Of a DNA stretch of 64,000 nt, positions 18,459-28,675 are shown one piece after another. The stretch comes from Chloroflexota bacterium. Lineage in GTDB: Bacteria > Chloroflexota > Dehalococcoidia > GIF9 > UBA5629. The position numbers and the translations under genes were made by a program. The stretch lies in NCBI GenBank assembly GCA_037443085.1, contig JBBIPA010000002.1, forward strand, positions 79,658-143,657, given 5' to 3'. The notes beneath the pieces were generated by a model. It saw only the letters and a list, made by a program, of their open reading frames with translations, was not told where the DNA came from and did no database searches. Each line of letters opens with the position of its first letter. Within the stretch, counting starts at the first letter, position 1.

Positions 18459-19820
18459 CTAGCTGCCACCACCCACCAGGCAATGGCGGATTCTGATATG
18501 GGGGCTGCCATTGGAAACAGGCAACGGCGACTGGCCGCCTTTGCCGCAGCCGCCACCCTGGTTCATATCTAGGTCATTGCCGATGGCATCGATGTTATGG
18601 AGCGTGGTGAACACATTGCCGCTGAGTACCACCGGCTGCACCAGTTCAGCCACCTTGCCGTTGCGAATCATATAGGCTTCGGCAGCAGAAAAGGTGAACA
18701 TCTCCAGGCTGGTGGTGCCACCGTACCAGTCTTTGGCATAGATGCCTTCTTTAATGTCGCTGAGCATATCCTCAAAAGACATATCGCCCGGCTCGATGTA
18801 GGTATTGGTCATGCGCACGATGGGAGGAAAAGCATAGCTGATGGCGCGGGCATTGCCGGTAACCTCTTCCCCCATCTTGGCAGCAGTTTCGCGGGAATGA
18901 AGCCTGCCTTCCAGTATGCCCTCACGAATCAGATAGGTTTTGGTGGCGGGAACGCCTTCATCATCGTACTTATAGCTGCCGCGCAAGCCGGGAACCGCAG
19001 CGCCGTCGACGATATTGAGGTGGCTGCCGCCAAATTCCCGCCCCAGCACCATAAGCTCGCACAGTTTCTGGTTCTCATAGACATGGTCGGACTCGGATAA
19101 ATGCCCGAAAGCCTCGTGGACGAAGACGCCGGCCAGCACCGGGTCCAGCACCACGGTATAATCACCGCCAGCTGCCTGGGGTGCCGAAAGCAGGTTAACC
19201 GCCCGCTGCGCCATATCCCTGACCTGGTCTTGCAGACCTTCTACGGCGGCATAGTCGCCGCGGCTGCCCAAGCTCAATCCCACCTGCCTCACCGTGCCAT
19301 CCTGCGAGGCAATAGCAGTGAGCCGCAGGCTGAGGTCTACTCGGTTCTGCTCGATATAGGCGCCTTCGGAGCTGGCAAAGATGACCTTTTTTCGACCGTC
19401 AATGTAGCTGATATTCGATGTCTGGATTTTGGGTGTGCGCAGAATAAGGTCGTTGTACTCATCAAGCAACTGTTTTTTAGATTCCAGCGGGATAGCAGTG
19501 GGGTCTTTCCCGGTTTCCGCTGCCACCATGTCCACCGCTGGTTCCACCGGGCTGAGCTTGCTCTCGCCCCTGCCCACCAGCCTGGCCTGCTTTACCGCCA
19601 ACTCTACCTTACCCCGCAATTTTTCCAGGTTATTGAAGCTGACAAATCCCCAACCGCCCCTGACCAGAGCGCGGACATTGCCGCCGACGCCGGAGGTTCG
19701 GCCTATCTCTTCCAGCCGCTCGCCGCGGTAGACAATCCGCGTCGCCTGTCCCTCATCGAGCCGAATCTCGATGTAGTCAGCATCATGTCCTTTTAAGATA
19801 TTGGTAATTTCATCACGCAT
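18459..19820 (-). CDS. tldD: TldD metalloprotease subunit
   Basis: 453 aa; HEAFGH zinc-binding motif; start abuts pmbA. Confidence 0.9.
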   Translation of the reverse strand: MRDEITNILKGHDADYIEIRLDEGQATRIVYRGERLEEIGRTSGVGGNVRALVRGGWGFVSFNNLEKLRGKVELAVKQARLVGRGESKLSPVEPAVDMVAAETGKDPTAIPLESKKQLLDEYNDLILRTPKIQTSNISYIDGRKKVIFASSEGAYIEQNRVDLSLRLTAIASQDGTVRQVGLSLGSRGDYAAVEGLQDQVRDMAQRAVNLLSAPQAAGGDYTVVLDPVLAGVFVHEAFGHLSESDHVYENQKLCELMVLGREFGGSHLNIVDGAAVPGLRGSYKYDDEGVPATKTYLIREGILEGRLHSRETAAKMGEEVTGNARAISYAFPPIVRMTNTYIEPGDMSFEDMLSDIKEGIYAKDWYGGTTSLEMFTFSAAEAYMIRNGKVAELVQPVVLSGNVFTTLHNIDAIGNDLDMNQGGGCGKGGQSPLPVSNGSPHIRIRHCLVGGGS

Positions 19821-19957
19821 AGTGAGGTCTCCAGAATCTCTCTATTGTAGCCCGATAGACTATGCAGAGGCAAGATGCTTTCGTGGTTTTGAAGGGGCGA
19901 AGTCCCGGTGGAGAAAAAAACACCAAAATTATATACTTATAGATGGAGGGGGTCACC

Positions 19958-20215
19958 ATGCAATCAAGTCTCATCGGGAAGATCGAGAAAGCCAAGCGCT
20001 ACGCTCAAGAGCCGGAACGAATCACCTTCAATGACCTCGCCGTCGATTTCCGTGGAGAAAACAATACGTATAAGGTGAGCTATGAAGCTGGGAAGTGGCA
20101 ATGCGCCTGTTTATTCTTCTCGCAGAGGGGAATTTGCAGCCATACCATGGCATTGCAGCGACTGCTCGGCAGCATGTTGCCCAAGGAAGCCCTTACCGCG
20201 CCGATAACCGAGTAG
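19958..20215 (+). CDS. SWIM-type zinc-finger small protein
   Basis: ATG 19958 six nt after GGAGGGGG; CxC-x11-CxH (WQCACLFFSQRGICSH) matches SWIM motif. Confidence 0.5.
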   Translation: MQSSLIGKIEKAKRYAQEPERITFNDLAVDFRGENNTYKVSYEAGKWQCACLFFSQRGICSHTMALQRLLGSMLPKEALTAPITE

Positions 20216-20240
20216 CTTGCCTTCACACAGAACATTGGCA

Positions 20241-20645
20241 TCAGCCACTTTGGGCTAAGGCGAACTTCTCTATGCCCGCCTTTTTTATGGTCTTGATGTT
20301 TTTGAGATAGTCTTTCTTCAGCTTATCGCAAATGGCAAAATCGGCACACTCCCAGCAACCGACCAGTTCTTTTTTCTGGCAGCATTTTCGAATCTTGCAC
20401 CAGGGATTACCTCCTCCCCCACGACAAGCCTTAGGGCAATGCAACATGGCAAGGCCATCGAGAGCCTTCTTGAATGGCCCGTAGTCGCCCAGAAAGGGAA
20501 TCTCCGGCCAGGCTTCTTTCATCTTAGCAGCGCGCAGTTCTCGCCTCAGCGCTTTGGCTGCCTCAGAAACGGTCTGCCTGTAACCAAAACACTGGGTACA
20601 GTTCAAGCCGCAATACCCAATCAGAGTGATAGCTTCCTGACTCAT
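20241..20645 (-). CDS. DUF3795-family cysteine-rich protein
   Basis: 134 aa; GYCGLNCTQCFGY N-terminal motif and further Cys pairs typical of DUF3795. Confidence 0.6.
   Translation of the reverse strand: MSQEAITLIGYCGLNCTQCFGYRQTVSEAAKALRRELRAAKMKEAWPEIPFLGDYGPFKKALDGLAMLHCPKACRGGGGNPWCKIRKCCQKKELVGCWECADFAICDKLKKDYLKNIKTIKKAGIEKFALAQSG
20252..20288 (+). terminator. possible intrinsic terminator for SWIM gene (hairpin AAGGCG...CGCCTT then TTTTTTAT), embedded in 3' end of convergent DUF3795 gene
   Basis: stem 20257-20262/20277-20282 followed by T-run. Confidence 0.35.
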
Positions 20646-20661
20646 TTTTCAAAATACCTTA

Positions 20662-21978
20662 CTATCTCTGGTAGTAGCTTATGGTCTCAGCCACCACAAA
20701 CAGTGAGCCGGTAACCAGAATTAAATCGCTTTTTTGAGCCAGAGACAGCGCTTGAGCTATAGCCTCAGCAACGCTTTTGGCGATGGCAACTTCACGCCCC
20801 TGTTGGGAAAATGCTTCAACGATGACAGGAATTCGTGCTGCCCTGGGATGAGCCGAGCTGGTGACGATGATATGCGGAGTGAAAGCTGACAGCTCCTGTG
20901 CCATCCCCGGAGTATCTTTATCGCATGACGTGCCGAAGATGACGAAACACCTGTCATAGGTAAAATATTTCCTTGTTGCCTCGATAAGCTTCTGCATGGA
21001 ATAGGCATTATGAGCGCCATCAACCACCACCAAAGGCTTGTCTCGTAGAATCTGAAGCCGGCCCGGCCAGTCCACACGGTTGAGTCCCTGAATAATAGCT
21101 TCCCTGGGAATCTTTGCCCCGAGATGGTTTAATGCCTCAAGGGCAGCCACCGCCGCTGCGGCGTTTTCAAGTTGATAGTCGCCGATGAGCGGAATAGTGA
21201 GGCTATAGTCAGCATCTTTGCCGGTAACTAGCAACGATTGATGGCTGAGGTCTCCGCCGGTTCGGCGCCAGGTAATATCCCTGCCTACCTGTATCATTTT
21301 TGTTTTTTGCTGGTGGGAGGTCTGCTCAATTATTTCCAGTGCCTCCGGCTGCTGGGGGAAATTGACCACAGTACTTCCCGGCTTGATAATGCCCGCCTTT
21401 TCCGCAGCTATTTTGGCTATGGTATTGCCCAGCACTTCGGTATGGTCGAGGCTGATGGAAGTGATAACGCAGACATCGCCCCTGGCGACATTGGTGGCGT
21501 CAAGCCTGCCCCCCAGACCCACCTCCAGCACCTGGAAATCAACGCTATTCTGCTGGAAATAGGCAAAGGCGGCAGCAGTCAATATCTCGAAGGTGGTCAG
21601 GGCACCATAAGCAGCTTCTTTATTCATTCTCTCCACAAGCGGTTGCAGCCTGGTCACGATGGAGGCGAATTCAGCTTCAGAAATGAGAGCATTATTAATC
21701 TTGGCGCGCTCTCTCAGGGTGAGGAGGTGGGGGGAGGTGAACAGACCTGTCTTATAGCCAGCGGTGTGCAGTACCTGGGCGATCATTGCGGCAGTGCTAC
21801 CCTTGCCCTTGGTGCCGGCGATATGCACCGTCTTCGTGCTCAAATGGGGATTGCCCAGTGGCTCCAGCAGCTTCTCCATTCGCCTCAGGTCATAGTTCGC
21901 CGAGGTATAGGCAATGCCCGGAGTTTTTTCATAATCGGTGAAGCTCAAGACATAGGCTTCAGCCTGACGGTAATCCAT
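20662..21978 (-). CDS. folC: bifunctional folylpolyglutamate synthase/dihydrofolate synthase
   Basis: 438 aa Mur ligase family; GTKGKGS P-loop. Confidence 0.9.
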   Translation of the reverse strand: MDYRQAEAYVLSFTDYEKTPGIAYTSANYDLRRMEKLLEPLGNPHLSTKTVHIAGTKGKGSTAAMIAQVLHTAGYKTGLFTSPHLLTLRERAKINNALISEAEFASIVTRLQPLVERMNKEAAYGALTTFEILTAAAFAYFQQNSVDFQVLEVGLGGRLDATNVARGDVCVITSISLDHTEVLGNTIAKIAAEKAGIIKPGSTVVNFPQQPEALEIIEQTSHQQKTKMIQVGRDITWRRTGGDLSHQSLLVTGKDADYSLTIPLIGDYQLENAAAAVAALEALNHLGAKIPREAIIQGLNRVDWPGRLQILRDKPLVVVDGAHNAYSMQKLIEATRKYFTYDRCFVIFGTSCDKDTPGMAQELSAFTPHIIVTSSAHPRAARIPVIVEAFSQQGREVAIAKSVAEAIAQALSLAQKSDLILVTGSLFVVAETISYYQR

Positions 21979-22209
21979 GGTGATATTATAGCATGGTAGA
22001 AATAATAACGGGAGCTAAAGCCGTTTTGGCTCAGTGCAAAATGGCTATTGATTCAACCCCGCTCACCTCTGGTAACATGGCAATATTTGCTATAGAGTAT
22101 GGTAGGGATATACTATTTGTGATAACAGCAGGAAAAAGGATAACAGCTGAAAACTGAGATTGCTGTAGCAGGTTTATGCAGCCAGAGAAAGTCAGGAGAG
22201 AATTCGCCG

Positions 22210-22914
22210 ATGAACCCATGTATTAAGCTGGAACGAGTTTCTAAAATTTACCAGATGGGACAAGTGCAGGTGAATGCACTGAGAGATGTCTCCCTGGAGA
22301 TTTTCCCGGGTGAGTTCATCGTTATACTGGGGCCCAGCGGCTCAGGTAAAACCACGATGCTAAATATCATCGGCGGCCTCGATATTCCTACCTCTGGCAT
22401 GGTACAGGTTAATAACATTGACGTTTCCACATTGAAGAATCACCAGCTTACGATGTACCGTCGTACCCAGGTGGGCTTCATTTTTCAGTTTTTCAACCTG
22501 ATTCCCACGCTTACGGCGCGGGAAAACGTGGAATTTGCCGGCGAGCTGGTAAAGCGACGACGTGATGCCGACGAGTTGCTGGCGGAGGTAGGATTGAGTG
22601 AGAGAATAGACCATTTCCCCAGCCAGCTATCCGGCGGTGAAAACCAGCGAGTAGCCATTGCGCGGGCACTGGCTACTGACCCACCGCTCATGCTCTGCGA
22701 TGAGCCTACCGGCAGCCTGGACTTTGAGACCGGCAAACGTATTTTCAAATTGCTCCGTGAGCTGAACAAAACACATCAAAAAACGATAGTAATTGTTACT
22801 CATAATGCGCCGGTTGGTGAAATCGCCGACCGCGTTATCCGCATGCGTGATGGTCAAGTATTCCAGGAAATCACCCATGACCAGCCACTTGACCCAGAGG
22901 CGCTGGAATGGTAA
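22210..22914 (+). CDS. ABC transporter ATP-binding protein (MacB/LolD/FtsE-like)
   Basis: GPSGSGKTT Walker A, LSGGENQRVAIARA signature, Walker B DEPTGSLD. Confidence 0.9.
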   Translation: MNPCIKLERVSKIYQMGQVQVNALRDVSLEIFPGEFIVILGPSGSGKTTMLNIIGGLDIPTSGMVQVNNIDVSTLKNHQLTMYRRTQVGFIFQFFNLIPTLTARENVEFAGELVKRRRDADELLAEVGLSERIDHFPSQLSGGENQRVAIARALATDPPLMLCDEPTGSLDFETGKRIFKLLRELNKTHQKTIVIVTHNAPVGEIADRVIRMRDGQVFQEITHDQPLDPEALEW

Positions 22915-25370
22915 GAATTCCACGACTATATCTTAAGCTGTTCCGCGATATCAGGGCAGCCAGGATGCAATTCGGTGCGGTGATACTGATTATCTTCCTG
23001 GGCGTAGCCATCTTTATCGGCGCTTATGGCGCCTACCTCAACCTCCAGATTTCCTATAACACTACTTTCGAACGTCTCGCCATGGCTGACTACTGGATAA
23101 CAGTTGATGCTCTGGGAGAGAGCGCAGTACGCAAAATAAATGCCATTCCCGGCGTGCAGGCGATTGGTCGCATTACAGGCGAAGTGAGCATCGACCTGGC
23201 TAATGAACAGGGTGAAAAGGTGAGCGCCCGGGTAGTATCACTGCCTCTGCGCTCCTACCCTTCTATTAATACCATCAGGATAGTTAAGGGTAACTACTTC
23301 AGTGCTGCATCCTACCGCGAGATACTGCTGGAAAAACGTTTTGCCGAGTATCACAAGTTTCAACCCGGCGATTCGCTTACCATTCAACGGGACAACCTCA
23401 GGACTAACTTCACCATAGCCGGTATCGTCACCAGCCCCGAGTTTATCTGGGTGGTGAAGAATGAGCGTGAGGCAATGCCCTCACCACGCATCTTCGGCAT
23501 TATTTTCATGGCACAACCCATGGCAGAAAACATTTTCGATATGAAGGGAATGAACAATGAGCTGCTCCTCAGGATTGCCGATAACGGTGACCATGGCACT
23601 GCCATTGCCGAGGTAAAACAGGTACTGCATACTAATGCGATTTCCCGGGTTACCTCCAAGAACGACCTGACCGCAATAAAAACCCGGAAGCTCGATATTA
23701 TCAAAGGGGTACGTTCAGCCTATCTGGTAGCAAGAGAAGACCAGGCAACCAACCGCATGCTCCGGCAGGACCTGGAAGGATTGGCATCTATTGCCTTCCT
23801 CTTTCCGGTAATGTTCCTCTCTATGGCTTCGCTCACCATCTATGTACTGATGAACCGCATGATAGAGTCACAGCGCATACAGATAGGCATCATGAGAGCG
23901 ATGGGGTATACCCGGCTGCAAGTACTGTTTCATTACCTGGGCTACGGGCTTTTTGTGGGCATCATCGGCTCAGTAATTGGTGGCGTCCTGGGACATTTAA
24001 TGAGTGATGGCTGGACATCTGTGTACGTTGACCAGCTTAACATACCGTTTACGGTAACTGCGGTACACTGGGATATCATACTTATTGGTGTGCTCATCGG
24101 GGTGTCAGTACCGCTGATTGCTGGCCTTATACCTGCCTGGGCGACTCTGCGCATACGCCCTGTAGAAGCGATGCGCCCACCGGTCCCGGCAACGGGTAAC
24201 CGCGGCTTGCTTCGTATCAGCGAACTGCTACTGCACTGGCTTCCTCACACACTAAAACTGCCCCTGCGCAATATCTTTCGCAACGTAAAGCGCAGCCTGT
24301 TCATGGTGATGGGGATAGTATCAGCCATTGTTCTTATACTGGTTGTCATGTCCTTTGTTGATGCCATGGATGAACTTATTCGCGTCCAATGGGATACTAT
24401 CGAGGACTACGATGCCCGCATCATATTTCAGGGTACTGGTACTGCCTCTACGGCAAATTACATCAAGCATTTTGACGGTATCAGCGAAGCGGAGGCAATA
24501 CTGGAGGTCCCCTACCGCATACGATTTGGTAAGAACATTGTTGATAGCAGCGTTATGGGCATACCTGCAGGCTCATCGATGTATCATCTGGTCGCAGCAA
24601 ATGACGAGCCAATTGATGTGGTCAAAGATGGCATATTGCTGCCGGAATCGTTTCAGAAAAAACTCGGCGCCAGGGTTGGAGATATACTCCAGCTTGAGCC
24701 TATGGTGGGAACGGTCGGTGCTACAGAAAAAAAGCTCGCAGGCATCGCCAGGATTCCCATTGGCGCCAGGACTTTCATGCCGCTCGATGAAGTGCAAGCA
24801 TTGATACGGGAACCGGGAACCGCATCCAGTATCCTGGTCAGGTTTAATGGCGAACCTTCAGATACATTGATGAAACGGCTTTATAACCTGCCTAATGTCT
24901 CATCTGTAGAATTAGCCCGTGACACACGTGCCCTGATTGACGAACAGATGGGCTTCTTCTGGATATTTGTTACCGTCATGTTCATAATGGGGGCAACGTT
25001 AGGTGCCGCCATTATATTCAACGGGGTTACCGTGAATGTCTTGCAGCGTACCAGGGAGATAGCCATTATGCGCGCAATTGGTAAGAGCCGGGCTGGGATT
25101 GCCGCCATGCTTACCCTGGAGAATTTTGCCATCGGCTGCATCGGGATTTTGCTTGGCATCCCTGCCGGTAGGTATCTGGCTCAGCAATTTATGGATTCCA
25201 TGATGACCTCAACTGAAGACCTGTTCAGCTACACTATGATGCTGTTGCCCAGGTCATATATAATAGCGATTGCATTTGCACTCGTTGTTCTTTTTCTGTC
25301 ACAACTGCCAGCCATACGGCAGGTTTACAGGCTCAGCCTGGCTACCGCCACCAAGGAGTGGTGCGAATAA
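22908..25370 (+). CDS. ABC transporter permease with two FtsX-type domains (MacB/DevC-like)
   Basis: 820 aa; two 4-TM FtsX modules separated by large extracytoplasmic domains; 7-nt overlap with ATPase gene. Confidence 0.85.
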   Translation: MVRIPRLYLKLFRDIRAARMQFGAVILIIFLGVAIFIGAYGAYLNLQISYNTTFERLAMADYWITVDALGESAVRKINAIPGVQAIGRITGEVSIDLANEQGEKVSARVVSLPLRSYPSINTIRIVKGNYFSAASYREILLEKRFAEYHKFQPGDSLTIQRDNLRTNFTIAGIVTSPEFIWVVKNEREAMPSPRIFGIIFMAQPMAENIFDMKGMNNELLLRIADNGDHGTAIAEVKQVLHTNAISRVTSKNDLTAIKTRKLDIIKGVRSAYLVAREDQATNRMLRQDLEGLASIAFLFPVMFLSMASLTIYVLMNRMIESQRIQIGIMRAMGYTRLQVLFHYLGYGLFVGIIGSVIGGVLGHLMSDGWTSVYVDQLNIPFTVTAVHWDIILIGVLIGVSVPLIAGLIPAWATLRIRPVEAMRPPVPATGNRGLLRISELLLHWLPHTLKLPLRNIFRNVKRSLFMVMGIVSAIVLILVVMSFVDAMDELIRVQWDTIEDYDARIIFQGTGTASTANYIKHFDGISEAEAILEVPYRIRFGKNIVDSSVMGIPAGSSMYHLVAANDEPIDVVKDGILLPESFQKKLGARVGDILQLEPMVGTVGATEKKLAGIARIPIGARTFMPLDEVQALIREPGTASSILVRFNGEPSDTLMKRLYNLPNVSSVELARDTRALIDEQMGFFWIFVTVMFIMGATLGAAIIFNGVTVNVLQRTREIAIMRAIGKSRAGIAAMLTLENFAIGCIGILLGIPAGRYLAQQFMDSMMTSTEDLFSYTMMLLPRSYIIAIAFALVVLFLSQLPAIRQVYRLSLATATKEWCE

Positions 25371-25451
25371 AAAAGTAGTGGGGAAGAGGCAAGGGAGGAT
25401 TATTACTCTGATAACCCTGTGAAAATAATATGGCGACTCATCTGCATCAGG

Positions 25452-25853
25452 TCAGGCGCTTCGCCGCACCTCCATCCCATCGCCCGGGAATCGCTCATCT
25501 AGGGAGCAGACTACATGACTGCCAGCGGAACGTGCCGCCGCCCATACCATAGCATCGGCAAAGGACACCCTTCCCGAGGGGCGGCACAGGAGTAGAGCGT
25601 GGAGCACCAGGCTCTTGTCCAGGGCGAAAGTTGAGATATTCTCCTTCTGCAAGAAAGCTATCAAGTGGTCCACTGCTACTTCCCGGGGAACCTGGTATAC
25701 TGATGTCAGGACGTATGCTGTCTCGGTCAGCACCACATCAGTTATCAACAGGGCATCCACTTTGTCTATGATTTTGGCGGCTTGTTCCGCTAATTCAGGT
25801 GGGTTGCCGGTAAGGTAACGAACTACGACGCTGGTGTCCAGAAAGCCGCTCAA
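25452..25853 (-). CDS. vapC: PIN-domain toxin VapC
   Basis: 133 aa; N-terminal FLDTSVVV acidic PIN signature. Confidence 0.8.
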   Translation of the reverse strand: MSGFLDTSVVVRYLTGNPPELAEQAAKIIDKVDALLITDVVLTETAYVLTSVYQVPREVAVDHLIAFLQKENISTFALDKSLVLHALLLCRPSGRVSFADAMVWAAARSAGSHVVCSLDERFPGDGMEVRRSA

Positions 25854-25858
25854 GATAG

Positions 25859-26128
25859 CTACTCCCCCGCGCCCATTTTTTGCTTCGCTGCTTTGCCCCA
25901 GGCCATATCACGGGCTTTATCCCACTCCTGTCCCGGAGGCACATGCGCTCTCATGTGCTTTGCCAAACTACCTTTCAGGGATTTCCGGTGTTCCGGCGGC
26001 AGGAAATAGACCTCCACATGGTCATCCACTAGGCGCTGTAGAGCTAACCAACCGGCCCCTATACCGAGCCGGTCACGTATCTCCTTGGCAATAACAATCT
26101 GCCCTTTAAATCCTACCACATGTGCCAC
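25859..26128 (-). CDS. vapB: AbrB/MazE-type antitoxin VapB
   Basis: 89 aa; N-terminal swapped-hairpin pattern VGFKGQIVIAKEIRDRLGI; 5 nt upstream of vapC. Confidence 0.7.
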   Translation of the reverse strand: MAHVVGFKGQIVIAKEIRDRLGIGAGWLALQRLVDDHVEVYFLPPEHRKSLKGSLAKHMRAHVPPGQEWDKARDMAWGKAAKQKMGAGE

Positions 26129-26161
26129 AGTATTACCTTAATGTTTTCAGTATAACTTAGA

Positions 26162-26419
26162 TTAACACAAATACAATTGATGGTCAAGAGAAAAGTTGCT
26201 GCTGGCGACTGGGTAAGTTTGGGAGATGCCGTTATCTTGCATATTTTTCTTCACAGAGTCTAAGGCCGAGAGAGGCAGTTTCTCTCCAACGGCTAGAAAC
26301 AGCGGGTCTATATTTTGTGGTCTTCCACGGCTAGTAAGTTTCCCGCGGTGAATTGTCCACGATTCGTTGTCAGTCCATACCTGCTCTTTTAGGCTTTTGG
26401 ATGCATAGGTTTTGCTCAT
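26162..26419 (-). CDS. hypothetical protein (85 aa) within TA island
   Basis: ATG 26419 six nt after GGAGGTG; no recognised family. Confidence 0.3.
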   Translation of the reverse strand: MSKTYASKSLKEQVWTDNESWTIHRGKLTSRGRPQNIDPLFLAVGEKLPLSALDSVKKNMQDNGISQTYPVASSNFSLDHQLYLC

Positions 26420-26717
26420 ATGGTACACCTCCACACAATAGGTAATCGATTAGAATAATACCATCTAACCTTCAAGGCAACAATCGTCAGGGTCATATGC
26501 AGAGTAAGTATTTGCGGCACTACGATATTATCATAGGTTATAAATTGTAATAGTTAAATTCTATTTGGAACCAGCCATCGTGTTGCCATAGTGGGATAAA
26601 ATCACTATGAACATAATATCAGATATTCAAAAGCTTAGTTACACTTCACTGCACTTATAGCGTTTTCTCCAATCCCATCCATAAGCAGCCTTCATGTCTA
26701 GGATACCACGCTCGTAA

Positions 26718-26990
26718 CTATGTCTGATATGTAGTCTCGGAGCGGCGTGCCACCTGTAATATCAAGACCAGTTTCTGGTCATCATATATCTCATAAACGA
26801 TTCGATAATAACCCGCCCTTATTCTATAGGCTTTCTCGGCTCCCTCTATTTTCCTTGCCCCATAAGGACGTGGTTCTTGAGCTAAGTTATTGATAGTAGT
26901 GCGCAAACGGTCAAAATCATGGCGTTGAATATGCTTCTTCAGCTTATCCAAGTCGCGGTCAGCGGACGGTGATACCTCAAGCCTGTACAC
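26718..26990 (-). CDS. RelE/ParE-family toxin
   Basis: 90 aa with RelE/ParE pattern ...KAYRIRAGYYRIVYEIYDDQKLVLILQVARRSE. Confidence 0.8.
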   Translation of the reverse strand: MYRLEVSPSADRDLDKLKKHIQRHDFDRLRTTINNLAQEPRPYGARKIEGAEKAYRIRAGYYRIVYEIYDDQKLVLILQVARRSETTYQT

Positions 26991-27258
26991 CTTTTGCCCC
27001 GGCTGCTTTTTCTCGTTCGGCTATTGCTTCCTCCAGTTCACTCTCCACTTCAGACCAGGGACGTCCACCCTTTTGACGCCATTCGGCATGGGCGATTTCG
27101 ATTGCAGGGAGCAGCTCGGCGTCTTCCCGGCTCTCCAGCCATTCACGCACAGCCTCAGCCACAATATCACTTGCCGGCTTATGCCGTCTTGCCGCCTCCA
27201 CTTTTAAATAGGTGTAGAGGTCTTCATTATGAAATACTACAGTCATCTTTCTGCTCAT
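26977..27258 (-). CDS. antitoxin partner of RelE/ParE toxin (RHH/ParD-like)
   Basis: 93 aa acidic protein overlapping toxin start by 14 nt. Confidence 0.55.
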   Translation of the reverse strand: MSRKMTVVFHNEDLYTYLKVEAARRHKPASDIVAEAVREWLESREDAELLPAIEIAHAEWRQKGGRPWSEVESELEEAIAEREKAAGAKGVQA

Positions 27259-27384
27259 ATCCTATCTCCTGGACGTATGTACGCCTATATGTATGCATGG
27301 CATTTTAGCGGACTAATGGATAGAAGTCAATAGTTGTGCTCTGTTACAGTCGTCATATAGGGCGGGTGGCGGGGGTAAGCGAAC

Positions 27385-28641
27385 TTACTGGCTGTTTCTG
27401 TCAGGTCGCTTCAATAAAGCAGCGAGCACGGAGCCGGCAATGGCCAGAACGCCGGCGAAGAGAAAGGCAAGGTAATAGCTATCGGTGAGGTCAAACAAGT
27501 AGCCGGTAACATATGGCCCGGACGCACCACCAATGGTATAGGCGAAAGAGAGCAATCCCAGGAGAGCCGCCGGTGAACGCAAACCGAAAAGCTCAGCCAT
27601 CATCAAAGCCTGCAGTGACATGATGCCACCGTAGGCCAGGGCAAACAGGGCGCCGAACAGGTAAAACATCCACAACTGGCCTGTAGCGAATCGCAACCAG
27701 GCGAAGGCCAGGAATAGCAGCACGAAGCTGCCAATTAAAGAAGGCTTGACGCCCAGCTTATCGCTGCCGCTGCCGATGATGAGCTTGCCCAAAATGTTCA
27801 ATATGCCGATAAACGAGATAATGCTGGCGGCGGTCATCGCCGTGATGCCAAACTCCATAGCATGGGGTACGATATGCACCATGACCGAGTGGAGGCAGAA
27901 ACCGAAGCAAAAGTATATGGCGCACATGAGAGCAAATTGTCTGGTGCGGATTGCCTCTTTGAAATCGAACCCGTTATCTGCGGTAACAATAGCCTCTGTT
28001 GCCACCCTGTTTTCTCCAAAGGGATGCTGCCCTGCCTGTTTTGGTTCGTTCTTGAGAAATTGCGACGCCACCACAATCAATATCAACCCCATAGCCCCGA
28101 CGATGATGTAGGCCATGCGCCATCCCAAAGTGGCGATGAGCCAGCTTGCCAGAGGAGGAATAACAATGATGCCAAAACCGACGCCAGAGGCAAGGATGCC
28201 GCTCATTAGCCCTTTTCTGGCGATAAACCAGCGGGGCGCCAGTGGCATTACTATAGGCCAGCAGGCGCCTATGCCTGCCGCCACAATCACGCCGTAGACC
28301 AGATATACCTGCCATATGGTGTTCACCTGTGACATGAACATAAAACCGAGACCCAGGAAGATGCCGCTCCCCGTAGAGACTATCCGGCTGCCAAATCTGT
28401 CACTCAGCCTGCCGGCAATGATGCCCAGCAAGCCGGCTATAATCGTCATTATGGAATAAGCCGCCGATGTCACTGCCCGGGACCAGCCAAATTCAGCAAT
28501 CAGCGGTTTGAAGAAAACACCGTAAGTGTAGTTCAATCCAAAGACGGTGGTGAAGATGATGAAACCGGCAATAACTATGACATAGCCATAGAAAAAGCGA
28601 GGCTTACCCTGGGACGATCGGCCAGTTTTTCTGTCAGTCAT
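27385..28641 (-). CDS. MFS transporter (12 TM)
   Basis: 418 aa; GRLSDRFGSR MFS signature between TM2 and TM3. Confidence 0.85.
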   Translation of the reverse strand: MTDRKTGRSSQGKPRFFYGYVIVIAGFIIFTTVFGLNYTYGVFFKPLIAEFGWSRAVTSAAYSIMTIIAGLLGIIAGRLSDRFGSRIVSTGSGIFLGLGFMFMSQVNTIWQVYLVYGVIVAAGIGACWPIVMPLAPRWFIARKGLMSGILASGVGFGIIVIPPLASWLIATLGWRMAYIIVGAMGLILIVVASQFLKNEPKQAGQHPFGENRVATEAIVTADNGFDFKEAIRTRQFALMCAIYFCFGFCLHSVMVHIVPHAMEFGITAMTAASIISFIGILNILGKLIIGSGSDKLGVKPSLIGSFVLLFLAFAWLRFATGQLWMFYLFGALFALAYGGIMSLQALMMAELFGLRSPAALLGLLSFAYTIGGASGPYVTGYLFDLTDSYYLAFLFAGVLAIAGSVLAALLKRPDRNSQ

Positions 28642-28675
28642 TTGTCAGGTTCTTAGCTCAGCTAAACGATACTGG

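Noticed and set aside
21238-21999. 253-aa ORF antisense to folC
   Set aside because: It overlaps folC fully and has no recognisable domain.
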